Assembly (NCBI GenBank): GCA_021158105.1
Contig: JAGGVH010000038.1
Location: 11,387-75,386, forward strand
DNA length: 64,000 nucleotides
Source of the DNA: Candidatus Micrarchaeota archaeon
Lineage (GTDB): Archaea > Micrarchaeota > Micrarchaeia > Anstonellales > JAGGVH01
Reading direction: 5' to 3'
The translations under genes and the position numbers were made by a program. The stretch's first letter is position 1. Every line of letters starts with the position of its first letter. The notes beneath the pieces are model-generated. The model searched no databases. It had not been told where the DNA came from and worked only from the letters and a program-made list of their open reading frames with translations. Below are positions 49,344-56,757 of this stretch, piece after piece.

Positions 49344-50648
49344 TTATAGAAAGTGTGACAACCCAACAATCTTTGATTCGCCTCCCAAGATATATGAAAA
49401 ATACTTAATCGACGCCACCACTGCATACAATGACAATATTGGTGTTACTATTATATACATAGATAATCGCGCTGCCATGTGCTCCCAGCCACCATAATTA
49501 ACCATGAACGCTCCTATGCCTTTAAACATAGCAGCATCAATGAACGTGCGGAGCACAACATACCACATAACATCAATATAAAACTTAAACGTAAGCAATA
49601 CTACAAACCAAAACAAATTAACAACAAAACCTATGACAGTAGTTATTTTATCCCACAACCATTCAAAAACAGTTTCGGCACCAGTATCATTAACACTTTG
49701 TATTGTGTTATCAAACCTTCCAAATATCTGCAATGCACTCTTATAACTATCCAAATTTGTTAGGTCATTATAAAATACCTTACCCTCATCATTGGTTGTG
49801 AGGTATTTGGGATGGTCTGGATAATAAAAAAAGTGATAGTTTATCATATAAAACAACGGACCTATCAAAAACAATGCCAATGCCAATGCTGCAATAAACC
49901 CACCCAATCTTCGTGTTATATAAAAGTTACGCAATACCATGCCCAACACTAAGAACAAAGGAAATATGACTTGTGAAATTAAATCTAAAGCAAAATACTG
50001 TAAAATTACAATGACATATCCAGTCATAAGGATATCAAACAATTCCTGCATCTGTGCAATAAGTATTGTAAACCCTGCACCGGGATAACTTTTCCAACCA
50101 TACTGGTATGTCCCGAGCTGGATGTATGATTCCCTAAAAACCTTATACAAACTACCCTGGTAGAACACATATGATAATGAATCGCCCGCAAGACCCGCAA
50201 TGTCGTGAAGATTGCGCAGTGCTAAACACACATGGACTGGATAATAAACATATTTCTTGCCAGTGTCGCCTGCATATTCCTTTGTAATCAAACATGTATG
50301 ATTGACACTGTTCCATACTGCACCATGGGTCCAACCATCAGAAATATTATTATAAAGAAGAGTGTTTGCAGCATCGGCTTCTGGAAAAAACATTATGACT
50401 GAATTTTCTATCAACCCGTCTGGACCTAACAATATACCCAATGAAAAGAATATCAACCAGAAAAGTAATATGTTCATAAATGCCTGTCCAATCTCCTTTT
50501 TTGCAAACGCCTCCCACTTTGTATGCTTTAAAATGAGAGAAATAAAGTAAACTATAACAGTAATCGCAAGCGAAATGACAGTGCCAATAACCATTAATAA
50601 CGGCACATTGCCCCAATCAAACATATTCCACGGTTCAAACATTACCAC
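49344..50648 (-). CDS. Family member B3
   Basis: KHTKWEAFAKKEIGQ. Core VLGMVLRNFYITRRLGGFIAALALALFLIGPL. C-terminal FSYILGGESKIVGL. Confidence 0.65.
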   Translation of the reverse strand: MVMFEPWNMFDWGNVPLLMVIGTVISLAITVIVYFISLILKHTKWEAFAKKEIGQAFMNILLFWLIFFSLGILLGPDGLIENSVIMFFPEADAANTLLYNNISDGWTHGAVWNSVNHTCLITKEYAGDTGKKYVYYPVHVCLALRNLHDIAGLAGDSLSYVFYQGSLYKVFRESYIQLGTYQYGWKSYPGAGFTILIAQMQELFDILMTGYVIVILQYFALDLISQVIFPLFLVLGMVLRNFYITRRLGGFIAALALALFLIGPLFYMINYHFFYYPDHPKYLTTNDEGKVFYNDLTNLDSYKSALQIFGRFDNTIQSVNDTGAETVFEWLWDKITTVIGFVVNLFWFVVLLTFKFYIDVMWYVVLRTFIDAAMFKGIGAFMVNYGGWEHMAARLSMYIIVTPILSLYAVVASIKYFSYILGGESKIVGLSHFL

Positions 50649-50657
50649 ACCTTTTGA

Positions 50658-51611
50658 TTATACAAACGATTCAAACCATTTTGTAAACGCATTGATTGAT
50701 GTTGTTGTGACGATTATTGAAAACGTTGGGATGACAACGCCTTGAAATCCTATTATAGTAAACCATACTAAAACCTTATAAAACATATAAAAATATAAAT
50801 GAAACAACTTGTTAAGCCCGGGAATAAAATTTAATACGAGATACATCAAATCCCCCGGTGTTCCCCAAACATTGACAACTGATAAAATACTGGTATCAGA
50901 TATATCTTTAATTTGGTTATATATCACGCCACTTGAAATGATATTGGTCATTATATAACCATTTAATGCATACATTGATATAAAAATTACGTATGATGAC
51001 AAGCCAAGGGCAACCATAAAACTGCCAGCCCTGCGCGTCAGGTCAAAAAAACGCAATATCAATCCTGACGATATAAGGTATGGATAGAATGACATTATCG
51101 TCATGATAACCAACAACTGGACGTATAAACTGCCAAGGAGTGGCGAGATAAACATTATCATATAATTGATTAACCTGTCATACAACGTAAAATCCAATAT
51201 TGCCCCTGTGATGACTGACCCGACTGCAAAGGATACTATTGACTTCAAACTCTGGACAAGGCCAAGCAGACCTATCAACGTATTCAACAACAAAGGAACC
51301 TGATGAAAGATTAATGATGAAAGATAATTGTACACATAATCCTCAATCACTGGTGGTGATGATGGATTAATCATAAAAGAAATCAATCCCGGCGATACCC
51401 CTCTAACACCCATGAATATCATGATAAACAGCAGTATAAACCCAAACAGTAAAGAATTCATTATCGCAGTATGGAGGCGAACCTTTGCCATTGCGATGAG
51501 CTGAGGATTTTTTGTCATATTGCCCCAGTAATGTTCAATGACTGTATAACTAAGATAAATCATCAGTGCAACCACAAATATTATACTCGCCACCAGCATA
51601 CAACACACCAA
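50658..51611 (-). CDS. Family member B2
   Basis: TKNPQLIAMAKVRLHT. Core SSGLILRFFDLTRRAGSFMVALGLSSYVIF. Confidence 0.6.
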   Translation of the reverse strand: MVCCMLVASIIFVVALMIYLSYTVIEHYWGNMTKNPQLIAMAKVRLHTAIMNSLLFGFILLFIMIFMGVRGVSPGLISFMINPSSPPVIEDYVYNYLSSLIFHQVPLLLNTLIGLLGLVQSLKSIVSFAVGSVITGAILDFTLYDRLINYMIMFISPLLGSLYVQLLVIMTIMSFYPYLISSGLILRFFDLTRRAGSFMVALGLSSYVIFISMYALNGYIMTNIISSGVIYNQIKDISDTSILSVVNVWGTPGDLMYLVLNFIPGLNKLFHLYFYMFYKVLVWFTIIGFQGVVIPTFSIIVTTTSINAFTKWFESFV

Positions 51612-52913
51612 TTAAACTTTTATGAACATCCTTCTCATTCTGCCAAATCCCAACAACCCTTCCTCACCACCGATCGCAAGGGAAATGTCTTTCATTGAAG
51701 TCAAGAAAATCATCACGTCTAAAATGAATAATAATAATGCAAGCCCGAACTTCTCAGCATACACAGTATATGATGTCAACAATGTTTTTATGTACGCATC
51801 CATTGAATTCCCAAGCCCTACCTTAAACAATGGCACAAAGAAAAATGAAGCAACCTTGACAAGTGCTTTTATTACATCAATCCCGCCTGCAAAATCTTTA
51901 AGTACATCTGATATACTATCCATTGCATAAACCAATCCCACACCTTGGGGTGTTGTTGATAAAATCTCCTCAAAATCGTGGAGCAATTTAGCATGGTTGG
52001 GTTGAGGGGGATTATTATAACTATCATAACCTATCCCGCCAGTATTGGGCCGTTCAGAACTCTCAGACACTGTTTTCAAATCATTTATTATATTCTTAGC
52101 ATCATTAATGTCATCATCTGACGGCATCTTCTGGTTCATCATATTTTTTGTGTATACCGAATAATCACCCAACATATAATCCGGACCAACTATTGCACTT
52201 ATGGGTTCGCCCCAAACATAATTATCAAGCACCATACTGTTTAGGATTAACAACAACGGATATATAAAAAAACCACAGATCGCAAACGCTATAACAGTCG
52301 ACCCTGTCTTTCGTGTTATGGGAAACGCACGCAACACTACTCCTAAAGGTATGAGATATCTCCACGAAAACACTCTAAAAAAGGTTAACAGCTGCTGTTG
52401 AAAATCTATCAATAGTATTCCAGACAAAGAAAGCAAAGAATACTTTTGAAGAAAAGTTAACAGGAATGAAAACCCTGCCAATGGTGAAACATGGTATATT
52501 AAAAAGTAAAAGCCTGTCCCGCTGAACATCCCAAAATAAAAGAGCGTTATCAAGCTTACCAAGAAGAAATTATAAAAATAATGGTGTAGCGAAACAAGAT
52601 AGATGCGTGCATAAGTAAAATAAAAAGGAGCGAGAATATTACCGCCCGTAGCTGGAAACCCGAACGCTGCACGGATGATAATATCAATGAATACTACTGC
52701 AGAACCCAACAACCCAATTATGAAAATGGTTTTTAATACCTCGCCCAGCTCAGTTATCGCCCACCCTTTCATCTCTGGATAATTGAGAAGCGAAGAAATC
52801 ATGTATGCAAGTGCAACACCAATAACACTAATCATAATGCCTACAAGTATCGCCACAACTGCAAACCCTGATATTATTGGCGTGTTGCCAAGAACCGCAT
52901 AACTTATATCCAA
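51612..52913 (-). CDS. Family member B1
   Basis: NYPEMKGWAITELGE. Core IPLGVVLRAFPITRKTGSTVIAFAICGFFIYPL. C-terminal ISLAIGGEEGLLGF. First gene of the minus-strand array. Confidence 0.65.
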   Translation of the reverse strand: MDISYAVLGNTPIISGFAVVAILVGIMISVIGVALAYMISSLLNYPEMKGWAITELGEVLKTIFIIGLLGSAVVFIDIIIRAAFGFPATGGNILAPFYFTYARIYLVSLHHYFYNFFLVSLITLFYFGMFSGTGFYFLIYHVSPLAGFSFLLTFLQKYSLLSLSGILLIDFQQQLLTFFRVFSWRYLIPLGVVLRAFPITRKTGSTVIAFAICGFFIYPLLLILNSMVLDNYVWGEPISAIVGPDYMLGDYSVYTKNMMNQKMPSDDDINDAKNIINDLKTVSESSERPNTGGIGYDSYNNPPQPNHAKLLHDFEEILSTTPQGVGLVYAMDSISDVLKDFAGGIDVIKALVKVASFFFVPLFKVGLGNSMDAYIKTLLTSYTVYAEKFGLALLLFILDVMIFLTSMKDISLAIGGEEGLLGFGRMRRMFIKV

Positions 52914-53035
52914 AATACCACCATAGTCCCTATCTGTTTTGCTAAACTATATCCACTCCACACATTCAAAACAATATTAACAACAGTATTAATTTTTCAT
53001 AGAGTTAAACTATTTAAACTTATCCGTATTTATTT

Positions 53036-54205
53036 TTGATTATGTACGATGTTGCAATAATAGGTGGAGGACCCGGGGGATTATCTTTTGCAATCCATGC
53101 TGAGAACATAAAATCCATAGTTATAGAAGAACACAAAAGTATTGGCGTGCCTGTCCACTGCGGAGAATGCATCTCAGACCTGTGCCTGAGGAAGTTTGAA
53201 CTTAGACCGCCAAAGGATGCCATCGCCCGTGCAGTTAACGGTGTTAACGTAATATTTCCTGGCAATTCTGAAACTGTGTTGAATGAAAAGGGCTATGTAT
53301 TAAACAAGGACAAGTTTGAACAATACTTAGCAGACATAGCACTCAAAAAAGGAGCAGAAATCAAGACAGGCGCACGGGTAGAAAATATTGAACGCAAAGA
53401 AGGCTATTGGTCTTTAAAGACGTCAGAAGGAACGATTGATGCTAAGATGATTGTTGACGCCAGCGGACAAAACCAGTTAATATCACAGTTGTTAAACATT
53501 AACAAACCTTCAAAAAAGGTTATTGGCATCCAATACAGAATGGATAATGTTGAACTGAACGATTACCTTAACTTTTATTTATGGCAGGAGTATGCACCAC
53601 ACGGTTATGTATGGGTGATACCAAAGTCTATGAAAGAGAATGGTATGGCCAACGTCGGACTGGTCACAGACGACATCAAAAATGCTAAACAAAACCTTGA
53701 CAGGTTTATAAAAGAAAAAGGATGGACAGACATCAAATTTTCGTTTGGTGGTATGATACCGTCGTCAGGCCCGCTAAAACAGACATATTACACTGGTGTG
53801 TTGTTAGTTGGGGATGCGGCGGGGTTTACCTCTCCTTTGTTTGAAGGGGGAACACATTTAGGTTTAATGTCCGGCAAACTCGCTGCACAGGTTGCATCTG
53901 ATGCCGTCAGGACAAATGACTACTCACAGAACAAATTAAAAGAATATGAAGAATTATGGAAGAAGGAATTTCCACCATATAATACAATCATAAAAGGCAA
54001 AGATGCGTTGTATGATAAACTAACAACTGATGACCTTGAAGAGATTGGAAAGCTGCTACCGAAAAACTTTGACAATTTTGGGTGGAAAGAAAAGGTATTG
54101 CTCGGTGCAAAGATGATGATAAAGAATCCTGTCCTTTATAAAAAGAACATATTAGATGCATTGTTTGCACTTGCATATTCTGAAGCAAAATATTATGGGT
54201 GGTAA
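53036..54205 (+). CDS. Geranylgeranyl reductase family flavoprotein (digeranylgeranylglycerophospholipid reductase-like)
   Basis: N-terminal FAD-binding YDVAIIGGGPGG, later GDAAGF and a typical GGR length. TATA-like TATTTAAAC about 27 nt upstream. Confidence 0.8.
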   Translation: MIMYDVAIIGGGPGGLSFAIHAENIKSIVIEEHKSIGVPVHCGECISDLCLRKFELRPPKDAIARAVNGVNVIFPGNSETVLNEKGYVLNKDKFEQYLADIALKKGAEIKTGARVENIERKEGYWSLKTSEGTIDAKMIVDASGQNQLISQLLNINKPSKKVIGIQYRMDNVELNDYLNFYLWQEYAPHGYVWVIPKSMKENGMANVGLVTDDIKNAKQNLDRFIKEKGWTDIKFSFGGMIPSSGPLKQTYYTGVLLVGDAAGFTSPLFEGGTHLGLMSGKLAAQVASDAVRTNDYSQNKLKEYEELWKKEFPPYNTIIKGKDALYDKLTTDDLEEIGKLLPKNFDNFGWKEKVLLGAKMMIKNPVLYKKNILDALFALAYSEAKYYGW

Positions 54206-54230
54206 GAAGTAAGAAGGTTGAGGTGATAGT

Positions 54231-55577
54231 ATGAAAGTAAGATTTAGTTTTAAAACCAACAAAAAAGATATTGTATTTAAAGGCGAATATGGCGAATCAT
54301 TATACAACCCAAAAACAAAAGAGCTTACTATAGGATTGGGTGATATTAAAGATGAGCCTCTTGATGCACACAAAATCAAACTGTTGGGCGGAGTAATCGG
54401 ACAAGTCGGCAGGAAATATAATGAAACAACATTTGAGATAACACTCCCAAAAAGTATTGATAAAAGTGAAGAGGTTGTGTGGGTTAGGGAGATTGAATTC
54501 GGAATAAGGGTTTATACTCATTTGATTTCGTTCAAAACTCATGATGAAAACAAAAGATATAAAGTAAAAAAGATTGTGTTCAACAAAAAAGTAAGAACAG
54601 ATGCAAAGATGTTGGCAGATGTAGTAAACATTACAAGGGACTGGGTTGACACGCCTTCTAACATGAAAACACCTGAACTGTTCGCACAGAAAGTTAAGAA
54701 TGCTTTGAAAGGTGTCGCACACGTTGAAATACTTGGTGAGAAAAAACTGAAAGGGGTTGGCATGAACGGGGTGCTCGCAGTCGGTCAGGGAAGCAAACAT
54801 CCTCCAAAGGTTATAATCGCTGAGTATGGCAAGGAATATAAAAAAAATGGAACGTATGCTTTTGTCGGCAAAGGCGTAACGTTTGATTCTGGCGGGATCT
54901 CATTAAAACCTTCAAAAAACATGGACGAGATGAAGAGGGACATGGCGGGTGCAGCTGCAGTGCTTGGTGGACTAATTGCCCTGGCACATGCAAACGTCAA
55001 AAAACATATCATTGCAGTTGCCGGTGTTGTTGAAAACATGCCGGACGGTGGTGCTCAAAGGCCTGGCGACATAATCAAGATGTTCAATGGGAAGACTGTT
55101 GAAGTGCTCAACACTGACGCTGAAGGAAGACTGGTCTTGGCAGACCTGTTATCATACACTGAGAAACGATTCAAACCAAGAATAATGCTTAATTTTGCAA
55201 CATTAACCGGTGCAGTCATTGTAGGGTTGGGACACAGGGTTGCAGGAGTGATGTCTAATGATCAGGATTTAGTGTGTGAAATACTGAATGCCGGAGAAGA
55301 AAGTGGGGACAGGTGTTGGCAATTGCCATTGTGGAATGAATATGCTGAGAACATTGAAAGCAAGATTGCAGACATTACAAACATAGGGAACCCGCCCGGA
55401 GCAGGCAGTATAATCGGTGGGATATTCTTAAAACAGTTTGTTGAAAGAACTAGGTGGGCACATGTTGACATTGCAGGGACTGCATGGTATGACCTGAAAA
55501 AGCCGTTCAGTTTTAGCGGTGCCACAGGGTTTGGTGTAAGATTGATTTATGAATTAGTAAAGAACCACTTATCATAA
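54231..55577 (+). CDS. pepA: Leucyl aminopeptidase (M17 family)
   Basis: NTDAEGRLVLAD signature and VGKGVTFDSGG; metal-ligand pattern of M17. Confidence 0.85.
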   Translation: MKVRFSFKTNKKDIVFKGEYGESLYNPKTKELTIGLGDIKDEPLDAHKIKLLGGVIGQVGRKYNETTFEITLPKSIDKSEEVVWVREIEFGIRVYTHLISFKTHDENKRYKVKKIVFNKKVRTDAKMLADVVNITRDWVDTPSNMKTPELFAQKVKNALKGVAHVEILGEKKLKGVGMNGVLAVGQGSKHPPKVIIAEYGKEYKKNGTYAFVGKGVTFDSGGISLKPSKNMDEMKRDMAGAAAVLGGLIALAHANVKKHIIAVAGVVENMPDGGAQRPGDIIKMFNGKTVEVLNTDAEGRLVLADLLSYTEKRFKPRIMLNFATLTGAVIVGLGHRVAGVMSNDQDLVCEILNAGEESGDRCWQLPLWNEYAENIESKIADITNIGNPPGAGSIIGGIFLKQFVERTRWAHVDIAGTAWYDLKKPFSFSGATGFGVRLIYELVKNHLS

Positions 55578-55627
55578 ATAGGGATAGATAAATAGCAACA
55601 TATTTAAACTAATAAAATCATAACATA

Positions 55628-55706
55628 AATTGTGATGATCGAGGTGATCTCTGAACTCTTTGCCATGTATGCAAAGGGTTGTGATGAATGACGTGCGGTC
55701 TGAACA
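55628..55706 (+). ncRNA. C/D-box sRNA (2'-O-methylation guide)
   Basis: C box GUGAUGA (55632-38), 12-nt guide, D' CUGA (55651-54), internal hairpin, C' GUGAUGA (55681-87), 12-nt guide, D CUGA (55700-03). The canonical archaeal 12-nt guide spacing occurs twice. Confidence 0.7.
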
Positions 55707-55758
55707 TAAACAAACCCGGCAACCAAAAACTTAAAACCCTTATCATACCAACAGTATT

Positions 55759-56670
55759 ATGCGGTTGGACAACAATGATTACAAGATATTGGATTTACTG
55801 TCCAAAAATTCTAAGTTAAGGATTAAAGAAATTGCCGGGAAACTTAAATTAAAAATGCCAACTGTAGCATATCACTTATCAAAACTATCAAAACATTTTG
55901 TCAGACAACCAATAATAGATTATTATAAGTTTGGTGTTACACCTTACAATTTCTATATAAAACTTAAAGATTTTGAAGATGAGACAAAAGAAGAAATTGA
56001 AGAATTCTCAAAAAAGTTTAAAGAAGTTTATAAGGTATCACATTTAAACGGAACGTTTGATATCATGATAAGTCTGTATATCAGAAATAATGAATCATTC
56101 GCTAAATTTTATGTTCAACTCTTAAAAAAATTCAGCAAGAAAATGATATTCCGGGACATTACCATACCATACAAAAAGATAATCATAACAGGAAACATAT
56201 TCGGTACAACATCAAACAACCCAATATTAATCGCTCCAAACCGCGCTTTACAGCTATCAAAAAACGAAACAAAAATGCTGGACGTGTTTACCACACTAAA
56301 AACAACAAAACAAATAAGCATTGAAACACAACTTGACGAAAAAACCATACGGCGATACATCAGAAACAATGAAAAGAAAAAGGTTATATTGGGTTACACT
56401 ATAAACATCCTGCCCAACCTTGAACTGTATGAAAAGTATTTTGTCAGGTTTAATGTTGGAAATAAAAACGACCTGGTTGCACAGCTCGGCAGGACAAAAG
56501 GGGTAATGGCAATCGAATTCCCAATAGGCAAGTGGGACGTTGAAGCATATGTATTGGCAAAGTCGCATTATGAGTTATCAAAGATAATAAAAAACACAAA
56601 AAGTGCAGTGCCTTCAATATCAAAATATGACATATTATACATAGAAAAGGAAGTGATAAACAATATCTAA
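55759..56670 (+). CDS. Lrp/AsnC-type HTH domain protein with atypical long C-terminal domain
   Basis: N-terminus NNDYKILDLLSKNSKLRIKEIAGKLKLKMPTVAYHLSKL matches the AsnC-type HTH. The C-terminus does not look like a RAM domain. Confidence 0.45.
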   Translation: MRLDNNDYKILDLLSKNSKLRIKEIAGKLKLKMPTVAYHLSKLSKHFVRQPIIDYYKFGVTPYNFYIKLKDFEDETKEEIEEFSKKFKEVYKVSHLNGTFDIMISLYIRNNESFAKFYVQLLKKFSKKMIFRDITIPYKKIIITGNIFGTTSNNPILIAPNRALQLSKNETKMLDVFTTLKTTKQISIETQLDEKTIRRYIRNNEKKKVILGYTINILPNLELYEKYFVRFNVGNKNDLVAQLGRTKGVMAIEFPIGKWDVEAYVLAKSHYELSKIIKNTKSAVPSISKYDILYIEKEVINNI

Positions 56671-56699
56671 ACGTTTAATCATCCTTAAAAATTCGCAAA

Positions 56700-56712
56700 G
56701 GTTTATATTTTA
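56700..56712 (+). promoter_or_regulatory. BRE/TATA-like element upstream of ileS (AAAGGTTTATATTTT); Shine-Dalgarno GAGGTG 7 nt before ATG 56758
   Basis: AT-rich TATA-like octamer about 45 nt upstream of the start, and a strong Shine-Dalgarno at 56746-56751. Confidence 0.35.
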
Positions 56713-56757
56713 ATTGTTAAATAAACATTTCAATAAACAATTTTTGAGGTGTTAATA

